In this document: positions 17,750-27,900 of the stretch, piece after piece
How positions within the stretch are numbered: position 1 is the first letter of the stretch
How the letters are laid out: each line of letters begins with the position of its first letter
Source of the DNA: a virus
IMG/VR virus record: IMGVR_UViG_3300032304_000650
Location: 2,751-66,750 of that record
Strand: one strand, 5' to 3'
Length of the DNA: 64,000 nt
Program-made: the position numbers and the translations under genes
The notes under the pieces: generated by a model
The model's input: only the letters and a program-made list of their open reading frames with translations
What the model was told of the DNA's origin: nothing
Database searches by the model: none

Positions 17750-19606
17750 TTATATTATTGAATATGTTATTGTTAATGAATAAACTACTCCACTTGAATT
17801 AACACTAGGGCCATGGTTATAACCCCCTGATTGAGCATTTTCAATTATATATATAAAAGAAGCGCCAGGGTCAATAGTAAGCCCCAACCATGTGTATCCT
17901 GAACTTAGAATAATAGAGTTATTAGCACATATTGTACCAGCAGACCTAGAAGTTCCACCAGCAGCAAATGGAACTCCATTAACTCTTAATGTTCCACCAG
18001 GAGACCCACTAATAGACGACCACTGCAGTTGAAATTGTAAATGCACTAAGTTTCCTACTCTTACATATCTACCTGAATTTAATCCACCCATTACATAAGT
18101 TCCTGAATTCCATGCTAATTGTGGAGTCCAGTTTCCTTCTTCATAATAGTTAAGAGTACCAGAGCCACTTCCAAATTGAACTCCTGCTGCAAAATATCCT
18201 TTACCAGCTCCAGTTACATTAAATTTTGATGCTCCACCTTGGTCACCGTAAAAATGATAACCAATTGTAGGGCTAGTAGAATAATAATTTGCATCACCAG
18301 GGCCACTTGCTGATGCCATATATGCACCATTTGCACTTTGTGTTTGTATAGAATAGCTTGAAGAAGCAGTTGTTTTATTAACTAATAAACAACCAATTGT
18401 ACCTGGCCCAGTAGTTGTAAGGCGCATTCGTTCTGCATCATTTGTTGTAAATGTTACATCGTGATTGCTTCTTGAACCAATAGTTACAATACCACCAATA
18501 TTTCCAGCAAATTGTCCAGTTACGCTACCAGATGAAGCTAAAATAAATCCATAGGCAGAACCATCAACTTGTAAAACTCTTGCCCCACTAGCAACTGCAT
18601 TAATGCTACTCGTCCCAATTCCAACATTACCATCATTTGCAAAAGTAATTAAATCAACACTATCTGCTGCATTTGTAATTCTTAAACTATTTGAATTAGT
18701 TCCAATTTTAATATAACTATTTGGCGCACCACTTGAATATCTTCCTATTTCTAATTTAGCATTATTGTCATTTAATATTGAAATACCGCCAGCTACTGAT
18801 AATTTTCCATAAGTTCCTGTAGGTGTTGTAGTTCCGATTCCAACATTACCACTGCTTGTTATAGCTAATTTTACACTTGCAGAACTACCTCCATAAACAT
18901 AAAAACTATTAGGTGCTATTGATGCACTACCTCCAAATCCTATATCATAACCATAAGCAGTTGTAGTATTAAAAAATGATAAATAACTATAAACATTTGT
19001 ACCTGTACTTGTTATAGTGGCATTTGTTGAACCGCTTGTTGTTAGACTTAATCCAGTTGCCGTTACACTACTTGAGAATGTAGCAGCACCAGTAGAATCT
19101 ATGCGTAATCTTTCAACAGAATCAGTTATAAATACTAATGGGTATGCTTGTAAAACTCCAAGATATGCCGTATTATTTGTAACACCAGTAGTAGTTGAAC
19201 CTGAATTATTAAATCCTAAAACACTATTTGCAACTCCAGATGCCGTTACAAGTATTCTTGTATTTACAGATGTACCTACAAAGTTTGAACCAGTAGCAGC
19301 TTGTAAACTACCACTAAACGTAGCACTTGTACCACTTAGCGCTCCAGTCAATGTACCACCACTTAAATTTAATTTTGTGCCTATGCTTGTAGCAACCGTA
19401 GTAGCAAAGTTTGCATCATTTCCTAAAGCAGCTGCTAATTCATTTAATGTATCTAAAGTAGAAGGAGCAGAAGCCACAAGATTACTTACAGCTGTAGTTA
19501 CATAGTTCTGAGTAGCTACTAGTTGTCCAGTAGATAATACTACATTACCACTACCATCTACTGAGATGTAGTTAATTAAGTCCGCTATGCTTGTATTCTT
19601 ACTCAT
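17750..19606 (-). CDS. tail fibre protein
   Basis: APSTLDTLNELAAALGND, GNVGIGT repeats, C-terminal YEEGNWTP...YVRVGNLV domain. Confidence 0.85.
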   Translation of the reverse strand: MSKNTSIADLINYISVDGSGNVVLSTGQLVATQNYVTTAVSNLVASAPSTLDTLNELAAALGNDANFATTVATSIGTKLNLSGGTLTGALSGTSATFSGSLQAATGSNFVGTSVNTRILVTASGVANSVLGFNNSGSTTTGVTNNTAYLGVLQAYPLVFITDSVERLRIDSTGAATFSSSVTATGLSLTTSGSTNATITSTGTNVYSYLSFFNTTTAYGYDIGFGGSASIAPNSFYVYGGSSASVKLAITSSGNVGIGTTTPTGTYGKLSVAGGISILNDNNAKLEIGRYSSGAPNSYIKIGTNSNSLRITNAADSVDLITFANDGNVGIGTSSINAVASGARVLQVDGSAYGFILASSGSVTGQFAGNIGGIVTIGSRSNHDVTFTTNDAERMRLTTTGPGTIGCLLVNKTTASSSYSIQTQSANGAYMASASGPGDANYYSTSPTIGYHFYGDQGGASKFNVTGAGKGYFAAGVQFGSGSGTLNYYEEGNWTPQLAWNSGTYVMGGLNSGRYVRVGNLVHLQFQLQWSSISGSPGGTLRVNGVPFAAGGTSRSAGTICANNSIILSSGYTWLGLTIDPGASFIYIIENAQSGGYNHGPSVNSSGVVYSLTITYSII

Positions 19607-19607
19607 T

Positions 19608-22600
19608 CTATCTTGCTTTTAAAATATCTATTTCCGCTTTAAGTTCTTGAATTGCTTTTACCGCTATTGCTAAAATACCATCGTAATCCAATGCATAACC
19701 ATCTGTATAATTACCATGAACTAAGTTAGGTATTTCATCTTCTAAAATATCTTGAGCTATAAAACCAGTATGTGTAAATGTTCCATACTCTTCTTTACCA
19801 GGAGATTTTTTTATAAATGATGCTGGCTTAAGTTTTAGTATAGTATCTAATTGAGAATTTACTATATAATTAATATCTTTTTTATTTCTTCTATCGGATA
19901 CGTTTGAGCCAGCAAATGAATAGCTACCATTTCTATCCATAGAAAATAAAGTAGTACCCCAACCGCCACCATAAGGCCCTTGGTCTCTATTAATTCTAAA
20001 ATTAGTAGTATCATTATATCCAAACCCTATAGCCCATGTATTTGAATTGTATCCTTGAGAGAATAATATAGAAGAACTATCAGTTCCGCCTGATGCCCCT
20101 ACTCTGAACTCCGCACATATACCCCAAGAGTGATTGCCGTGCGTATTTAAAAACTGTGCAGTTGGATTATTTCCAGTAGCACTTCCTGTATTTGTAACTC
20201 TTAAAACATCAGGGACTCCACTTGTAATATCTAGTTTAAAACCAGGATTAGTAGTGCCTATTCCAACAAGACCAGACCCTGTAATTGTCATTCTAGTAGT
20301 AAGTGAAGCATATGCTCCAAGACCTGTTTTAAATTTAATATCACCAAAATATGGAGCTCCTTCTGTTGTTGAAGATATAGCAGCTCTCATAGTATTAATA
20401 TCTCCATCAACAAACATTACAGCTTCTTCATTACCAACAGCTGCTCCATTGTTTCTTAATATAATATGACCACCTAAGCCTCCACTAACAGACCTAAAAA
20501 TATCAAGAGGGCCTTGAGCAGTTGTTCCAGCTCCTATTAGCACATTACCACCGCTTGTAATACTCATTCGTTCAGTATCATTTGTTCCAAGTACTAAAGA
20601 AGATGCACCAGCATTTATTATATAAGCGTTATTTTGAGCAAATGTTGCACTTACAGAGTTTCCGCCTACACCAATATAGAGTTGTGCAGTTGATGATGTA
20701 TTTCTCCATCCAGAATTTGAATAAGCAGATGCACCATCATTTTGTATTGACAATTTAGTGTTTGGACTAGTCGTCCCAATCCCAACTGAACCACCGCTTG
20801 TGATAATTAAAAAATCAGATGAATAATTATTAAAAGCAAGTCCGCCATCGGTTGTATTATAAATCTGCCAATCAGGAAATTGATATCCAAAAGAAGTTGT
20901 TCTACCCGAAAGTTTATAATGTGTGCCTGCTGTTACACTACTTGAGAATGTAGCAGCACCAGTAGATTTAGATAATTTAAAATTATCATAACCGCTTTCA
21001 TTATATATTACATAATCATTTGATGATAAATTTTCTCTCATTCCAACAAACCATTGTTGAACTGTAGCAGTTTGAAATCCAATTCCATTATAATTTGTTA
21101 CTGCATCTCTATTTAAAGCTAATCCTCTTATGTTGTTATTTATAGTTATTACCCCACTAAACGTAGCACTTGTACCACTTAAAGCACCGCCAAATACTGT
21201 ACCCATTCCAGTGGCATCAATTGAAACTTTGTCTGATAAATTAATTCCTAAAATATTAAACGTAGTTGCACCACTAGACTTTTTCGCATATATATATTTG
21301 TTATTTTCTAAATTAATATCTTGAGAAAGACTAATACTTGTACCATTCAAAGCACCAGTAAGCGTACCACCAGCTAAAGGTAAATAGCTACTAAGTGCAG
21401 AGCTTGTAATATACCCACTTGGGTTAGTAGCATTGTAAGGAGTAAATCCTAATGCTGTCGTAACCTGAGAGCTATTAATACTTGTTAAGTAAGTGCTATT
21501 GTCATAAGTAACAGTTGTTCCTGATACCTTTACAAAACCAGTACCATTTAATTGAGCCTGACCTGAGAATGCGCCTACTTGATAACTATATGCATGCACC
21601 TCCAATGTATCGTTTAAGTTACATGGGAAGTTTAATACAATAGTTGTTCCATTGCCTGCCGCATACTCTGTAGATAAAAGCTTAGAGCCATTATAAAACA
21701 CATCTACTAAACCTGAATTATAAGTTACATTAAATGTAGTCTGTCCTGCAGTTGCAGTAAACTCTGTAACAACTCTTAAAGCATTATTAGCTAAGAAAGC
21801 TGTTTGATATCTATATACCTCTATAACGTCATTTACAGACGCACCATTGGTCAATACTATCGTAGTGCCATTAGTTGCTGTAAAGTCTGTTGTATTGTCT
21901 AATTTAACCCCATTTCGGTATACATCTGTAAGCCCTGGCGTATACCCACCAGATATTGTGAATGTAGTCTGATTTGCAGTAGCTACATATCTTAAAATAC
22001 TTCTTGCAGAAGCGTCTGTTGTAATAGTCCAAGACCTATCTGCTGATAAGTCATATGAAGTTCCGTTAATTGTAATTGTTCTTGCATTGGTAACAGGAGT
22101 ATATCCTAATATTGTAGAAATTGTCTTTGGCTTATACAGGCTAGTTGCAGACTCATAAACAATAACTTGATTGTTTTGAACAGAGCCTTCTGCGTAGTTA
22201 TGAAGCTCATTCATCTCAAACCCATTCTGCACCTTCACAAAGATTTCTCCATTGTTAGAATTAGCTCTAGTTACGATACCTATAAATACTAAGTGCGCAG
22301 GAGCATAAGGCTTGTTTGTTAATCCAAAGATTAAAGCACCATCCACACCTAGCCATACTGGGTCTCCAGCTGTAGCTCCATTTGTATTCAATCCAGAAAG
22401 TAAACCCTCTGTAATTACATTTCCTTTACCATTAGTAGATAAACTAACCTCAAGCAATCCCATTGTCTTAGAAGAAGTTCCTTCTGAAACATTAGATGCT
22501 TTTGATACAATCATATTAGTGCCATCCGCAGATGATACATAAACAGCTTGTCCTTTGCTTATTGCCTGACCAGCTTTTACTTCATGTTTTAAAGTAGAAG

Positions 22601-22781
22601 TAAAACCTGCAGGTAAAGAACCTATTCCTAAGTCAGCATATAATTCAGCAGCAGTTCTATATGACACTACATTACTTGAGTCTAATACGAGAAACTTGTC
22701 TGTATTAGAACCTGCATCAGCCACCGTATTAAGGGCAGCTGAACCAGTTACATTTATTCCACTTAAGAATCTTTTAGACAT
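19608..22781 (-). CDS. long tail fibre with S74 chaperone and two putative docking domains
   Basis: Two ATAxQTTF...NG.KL...NGTTIVL domains, GNVGIGT repeats, SDRRNKKDI...GFIAQD. Confidence 0.85.
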   Translation of the reverse strand: MSKRFLSGINVTGSAALNTVADAGSNTDKFLVLDSSNVVSYRTAAELYADLGIGSLPAGFTSTLKHEVKAGQAISKGQAVYVSSADGTNMIVSKASNVSEGTSSKTMGLLEVSLSTNGKGNVITEGLLSGLNTNGATAGDPVWLGVDGALIFGLTNKPYAPAHLVFIGIVTRANSNNGEIFVKVQNGFEMNELHNYAEGSVQNNQVIVYESATSLYKPKTISTILGYTPVTNARTITINGTSYDLSADRSWTITTDASARSILRYVATANQTTFTISGGYTPGLTDVYRNGVKLDNTTDFTATNGTTIVLTNGASVNDVIEVYRYQTAFLANNALRVVTEFTATAGQTTFNVTYNSGLVDVFYNGSKLLSTEYAAGNGTTIVLNFPCNLNDTLEVHAYSYQVGAFSGQAQLNGTGFVKVSGTTVTYDNSTYLTSINSSQVTTALGFTPYNATNPSGYITSSALSSYLPLAGGTLTGALNGTSISLSQDINLENNKYIYAKKSSGATTFNILGINLSDKVSIDATGMGTVFGGALSGTSATFSGVITINNNIRGLALNRDAVTNYNGIGFQTATVQQWFVGMRENLSSNDYVIYNESGYDNFKLSKSTGAATFSSSVTAGTHYKLSGRTTSFGYQFPDWQIYNTTDGGLAFNNYSSDFLIITSGGSVGIGTTSPNTKLSIQNDGASAYSNSGWRNTSSTAQLYIGVGGNSVSATFAQNNAYIINAGASSLVLGTNDTERMSITSGGNVLIGAGTTAQGPLDIFRSVSGGLGGHIILRNNGAAVGNEEAVMFVDGDINTMRAAISSTTEGAPYFGDIKFKTGLGAYASLTTRMTITGSGLVGIGTTNPGFKLDITSGVPDVLRVTNTGSATGNNPTAQFLNTHGNHSWGICAEFRVGASGGTDSSSILFSQGYNSNTWAIGFGYNDTTNFRINRDQGPYGGGWGTTLFSMDRNGSYSFAGSNVSDRRNKKDINYIVNSQLDTILKLKPASFIKKSPGKEEYGTFTHTGFIAQDILEDEIPNLVHGNYTDGYALDYDGILAIAVKAIQELKAEIDILKAR

Positions 22782-22784
22782 CTA

Positions 22785-23759
22785 TTATTTTTTAATTACT
22801 ACACGATATGCGTTTGATGAAGGAGCTAATGCAAAAGTAACTGTAACTACTGTTGTACTAGTAGCCACTACATCTGCCATAACTTCTTCATATGTTGCAT
22901 TATCGTAAATCGCTACAATCACATCTCTTGTACCCAAGTTATGAGTCAAAGCAAAAGTTGTTGCAGAAGCGTTACCTACGTTAGCAGCATAACCTCCAAC
23001 AGCTGCATCCAAGTAAGTTTTTAACTTAAGAGGAGTTACTATTCTTTGGTCGTCTGTTCCTGTGTTTACTTCAGTTTGAGTAGCAATTTCTGCTAAACCT
23101 AAAGTAGTTTCTGTAGCTTGGTCTCTATTTACTTCTAATTGAATCCAATCAGCAGCACTTGAAGTAGATGCACTATTGATTTTTGCAATAATAACATCAC
23201 CTACATTAAATGCTACACCACCTGTAGTACCTGCTACAGATACGTACCAATAATCTCCAGCTTTAGTTCCTGCTGTTGGAGCAGAGCCTACTGGGAAAGA
23301 GCCACTAGAAGCATTCCATGCACCTTCTAGATTTCCTAATCCACCTATATTTGCGTCTACATAAGCCTTAACAGCTGCTGCTGTAGGTACTGCTGTAGAA
23401 CCATTATTTGTAGTTAAGTCTGTAGATACGTTAGCAAGTTTTGCAGTAGTAATTCCAGCATCTTTTACTCTAATTGTATCTGTTGCAATCTCTACTGTAG
23501 AATTATCTACATTCACATCTAAGGTAATAATACCATTAGAAGTAGCTGCAGTTAATCCAGCACCACCGATTACGTCACGAATGTCTCCTGACATGTCAAT
23601 CCATGCTGTGCCATCCCAGAAGTAAATTCTGTTATCTCCAGTATTGTAATAAACCTGACCAGCTACAGGTGAGCTAGGTGCAGATGATAAATTCTGAATC
23701 GCTGCGTTCAGAATCTGGTTTTTCGCTAGGTCTAAATTGACCAAAAACTTTTTTGCCAT
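22785..23759 (-). CDS. virion/tail structural protein
   Basis: T/A/G-rich; QATETTLGLAEIATQTE and THNLGT.DV motifs. Confidence 0.7.
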   Translation of the reverse strand: MAKKFLVNLDLAKNQILNAAIQNLSSAPSSPVAGQVYYNTGDNRIYFWDGTAWIDMSGDIRDVIGGAGLTAATSNGIITLDVNVDNSTVEIATDTIRVKDAGITTAKLANVSTDLTTNNGSTAVPTAAAVKAYVDANIGGLGNLEGAWNASSGSFPVGSAPTAGTKAGDYWYVSVAGTTGGVAFNVGDVIIAKINSASTSSAADWIQLEVNRDQATETTLGLAEIATQTEVNTGTDDQRIVTPLKLKTYLDAAVGGYAANVGNASATTFALTHNLGTRDVIVAIYDNATYEEVMADVVATSTTVVTVTFALAPSSNAYRVVIKK

Positions 23760-23764
23760 TTTTT

Positions 23765-24379
23765 TTAATTTAAGTATGCTTTTCCACTAAACGCAGCAGT
23801 AAAGCTAATTGTGATTTGATTTAAAGAATTATATTTTACATCTCCAGTAACTTCGTCATTTGCTGTATCAACGACATTTACTGAAGGGTATTTATTCATA
23901 TTATGATTTACAGTCCATGTAGTAGAAGCAGTCTGTTGGTCGTGAACATAGTTCTCTCTTACTTGCGTTTTTATATACGCAAAGTTCAAGTCTATCTCAA
24001 CAGTAGTTCCTTCAAAATTATTTGAGCCAGTTAATCCAAGTCCAAGGTCTAATATTGTAGATTTTAAAACATAAGGTGTAGCCTGACTTAAACTATTATT
24101 AAATACAATGTCGCTATAAATAGGAGTCAACTTACCATAGTCATAAAGACTAACCTTTGTAGACAAGCGCTCAACAACTTGGTCTAATTTCAATGTTCCA
24201 ACATAGAAGTTATCAGCATATTCTACAGCCTTCTTATATATATAAATGATATCTCTCTCATAATCAAGCGTTTCACTCTCTTCGGAGAACATATCATTGT
24301 ATGCTACAGCTCCTAGCCTATAAAGCGTCTTATCCGCTTTTAAGAGAATATCTGATATTTCGGTTATATTATAACCCAT
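23765..24379 (-). CDS. tail hub/structural protein
   Basis: C-terminal H.Q..ASTTWTVNHN...YPSV.VVD...FSGKAYLN domain. Confidence 0.65.
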   Translation of the reverse strand: MGYNITEISDILLKADKTLYRLGAVAYNDMFSEESETLDYERDIIYIYKKAVEYADNFYVGTLKLDQVVERLSTKVSLYDYGKLTPIYSDIVFNNSLSQATPYVLKSTILDLGLGLTGSNNFEGTTVEIDLNFAYIKTQVRENYVHDQQTASTTWTVNHNMNKYPSVNVVDTANDEVTGDVKYNSLNQITISFTAAFSGKAYLN

Positions 24380-24936
24380 TAGTACCCTATTTTAAGTGCG
24401 TCAGAAACAAATTTACCTCTATCTAAACATGACTGAGATGCACCAATGTCTCCATCAATACCAGCCTTCTTAGCAGACTCCTGCTCAATAAATAATCTCA
24501 TGACATCTTTTACAAATCTGTATTCTTTTTCTAAGCTTGGGTTTAAAGCCATCTTATTAGAGTTAGAGTAAAATGCACTCATGATATAACACACTAGAAC
24601 AGCCAATTCTGTCTTAGTATAAATACTGCCAGATTGAGGGCTAGATGATGTTAATGCAAGTATAATTGTAAAAGCGTAGTCTTTTTCTATAAAAGCCGTA
24701 TTAGTGACACTATCTGTACCACTTAATAAAATTGTATTACCAGCGCTAAAAGGCCATACATATTCGTTATATGTAATATTCCCAACCTTTAAATAAGTTC
24801 CGTCTGATTTTCTAATAGTCAACTTTCTAGCTGTAAAAGTACCAGTAGCCTCTACGTTGTATGTAGACGTATCAACTATAGTTAGCTGACTACAGTCTGC
24901 ACCTTGTGAAACCGTAATTGAGGTAATAAAAGGCAT
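24379..24936 (-). CDS. structural protein
   Basis: Start MPFITS at 24936, downstream of the promoter at 24952-24959; beta-rich N-terminus, helical C-terminus. Confidence 0.6.
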   Translation of the reverse strand: MPFITSITVSQGADCSQLTIVDTSTYNVEATGTFTARKLTIRKSDGTYLKVGNITYNEYVWPFSAGNTILLSGTDSVTNTAFIEKDYAFTIILALTSSSPQSGSIYTKTELAVLVCYIMSAFYSNSNKMALNPSLEKEYRFVKDVMRLFIEQESAKKAGIDGDIGASQSCLDRGKFVSDALKIGY

Positions 24937-24970
24937 ATTGAAATGTTTATGCAAATATACCTAAAAACAG

Positions 24971-27900
24971 CTATTTATTCTCTGTCTTCAATATCTTCAT
25001 ATATTGTATGCCAGTAGGGTTGTCAGCATTCATGATTCTAAGCTTGTATAATATATCAAAGTACTCTTGAGCTTCCTTCTTATCCATCTCTTTAGCCTTA
25101 TCGTATATATACTTCGCTCTAGTCTTAGGGTCATTTATTCTGTAAGCCTCATAAACCTGTTGGTCATAATTTTGTTTGATATACTTATCAGTAGTTGCCT
25201 TAGCTACATTTGGAGAAAGGTCGTATTTAAGCCCACCAGCCTTATTTGCAGATTCTTTTACAAGTCTTTCATATAAGCTAGGGTAATTCTTATTTACTAT
25301 ATTAAGTGTGCCTTGTATCTCTTTATTCTTAGAGGCTATGTCAGCATTGTATTTGTCATACATTTTTGTATCCTTGTTCATCAATGCAGCATGCGCCTTT
25401 GATTTCAAGAAGTCAATCTCCTCGTAATCCATCATGATTCTAGTCTGGTAGTAGTTAGGAGTTCCAGCAAATAGTCTCTTCTGTAATGATAAACTATTTA
25501 AAATAGCACCTTTCCAGTCTTTTTGAAGACCTTCCTTAAGAGTTACTGGAGCTCCAGTTGCTAATTCTACAGCTGTTTCAAACGCTATCTTAGGAACATA
25601 GATAAGAGGGTTTCTTTCTGGCTGACCATATATCTTCTGACCTGCAGCCTGTAATCTAGCTGGAGAAGTGCCAGTCAAAGAACCTATCTTTTTATAAACT
25701 CCACCAACAGCCTCATCCATAGCGCCTTCATAATCATCTGGAATACCTGCCTCGTCTGTAACTATTTGCTTCTTAGTAAATATATCTAGGTTATTGTAAG
25801 CTAATAAAGCAGCAGCGCCTGGAGGTAGTTTAGCTGGGATTTCTGTTACATCTCCAAAAGGATTTGCGTTAGCTATAGCACTTACGTAGTCTGCCTTTGT
25901 ATATATATTTTTACTACGCTTAGATTCAAATCCCATCATTGCAGCAACCCAGAAGTTCTTAAAGAAAGGAGGCATTGGAACTTTAATAAATTGTCTTTCT
26001 GGAGCATCTCCTCCTACATATATATTTAAGTAGTTTAACTTCTGATATTCAGATAGTGAATCCCATGCAGCTTTCTTTTTCTTTTTTTCTTCATCGTCTT
26101 CCCATGGCATATTCATAATTCCTGCACTATAGGCTGTTAACAAGCCTCCTATAGCAAGCATTTCTCCCATCTGATACATCGCTCTTGCTGGATTTTTCTT
26201 AATCTGATTGATTACAGAAACTCCAGTTTGAACTGTAGAGTTTAGATATATAATAAGTCTAGATGCTGGCTTTACAAGGCTTCCACCTCTAGCAAAATCA
26301 GAACTTCTTCTAGCCTCATGTGCGGCCATTGCATATATTGCATCTAACTCAGCCTTACTTGGCTTTCTTTTATTTTCTTTTTCAAACTTTTCTTCAAATA
26401 CTTTTCTAGCTCTATCAAATATAATAAGTCTAGTAGCCTTCTCTGTTACGTCAGAAACTTTACCAAGACCTGTTTTATCAATCAACTTATCTATAAGCTC
26501 TATTGGCTTTGAGCTATATTGACTAGCTGTATTTATAAGCTTTTCGTATCCAGTACCATCTATTATATCTTTTGATAAAAGTGAAGTCTCTAATTCTCTT
26601 CCAGCATTCATTTCTGTAAATGCTCCCCACTTAGCTGCAAGTCTATACTTATCACCTCTTCCAATTACTTGCTTAATAGAACCTTTCCATCCAACAGTAT
26701 CAACTCCACCTAATGCAATCTGAGCATAAGCTACAGGTACGGAAGGAGAGAATACGTCTGTTGCAACAGCAGCTGTTAACGGGTCAAGCGCAATCATCTG
26801 GAATATACCAAATCCTGGGTTCTTACCAGTAAGTAACTTCTGTGTTAAACTAGCAAATGTTATGTTAGCTAATATGTTTACTTCATCAGACTGACTGTAT
26901 CTAGCATTCCATTGGTCTGCAATTTCATCTGTGGCAAGAACTGCTTTTCTTTGTCCATCTTGATAAAAAAATATGTAAGACATTCCTTCAGGAGCTGTTT
27001 TGTAAACTGGATTACCATCCTTATCTAAAACAACATCACCATCTTCATCTACTACTGGTATAGCTATTTCTACCAAACCATTGTTTGGATTCTGTTCTGC
27101 AAAATTAGCAAGCTGAGTAGCTGCTCTATTGTTTGAAACATTCTTATAGTGGCCCGTAGCAAATACTTGGAATATAGCTTCATAGTCTGTAAGTATATCA
27201 CCATCAGCGCCACCACTCAAAACAGACTTTCTAAGCTGATTTGGATTCTTAGACATTACTCTAGCGTAGTCTGGGTCTTGCTCTTTAAGTATTTTATCAA
27301 TGTATGAAATAGGCACGTAATCGTACTTAATATACATATCATAAGTTTCTTTTGATACTAATCCGTTATCAAGTTTTTCTTTCATGATATTTCTATAAGT
27401 ATCAAACATCTTATCTGCACGCTCGTTTAATTTATCAAATTCAGGATAAGCATTTTCAATAGTCTCTAACTGCTTACTTGCCATACCAGCGTTATATGGA
27501 ATTTTATTTCCATTTGCATCTACAGTAGAACCAACTTGGTAATTCTGTAAATACTCTGTAGTTTCTTTTGTCTGAGGATTATATTTTTTACCTAATACTT
27601 TTCTATCTTGTAAGTATTCTACAGCAGCGTCTATTTTAACTTGAAGCGCTTCTTTCTTAGCATTACTTCTAAGTTTTTTCATCTGAGCACGCATTGCTTG
27701 TAGCTCATTAAATTTATCTTGAACCATATTCTGAACAGCAACAACTCTGCGCATGTTCATGATTTGATTAAGTAAGTCAACCTCGCTGAACTTAATTTTA
27801 CCTTCACCAAATGATAAATCCTTTTTATCAGAAAGTCCTTTATATACAGCGTCTATTACATCTTCTGTAGCTAATGCAGCTTGTGCTCCAAATCCTCTAG

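Noticed and set aside
15030-22781. Diversity-generating retroelement or invertible tail-fibre switch
   Set aside because: No reverse transcriptase, no recombinase and no ~100-bp repeat pair differing at adenines; the repeats are short, direct and exact.
27000-27060. DEDGD as an RNA polymerase DxDxD motif in the giant protein
   Set aside because: It is part of a VDEDGDVVLDKDGNPV hairpin repeat with no surrounding RNAP motifs.
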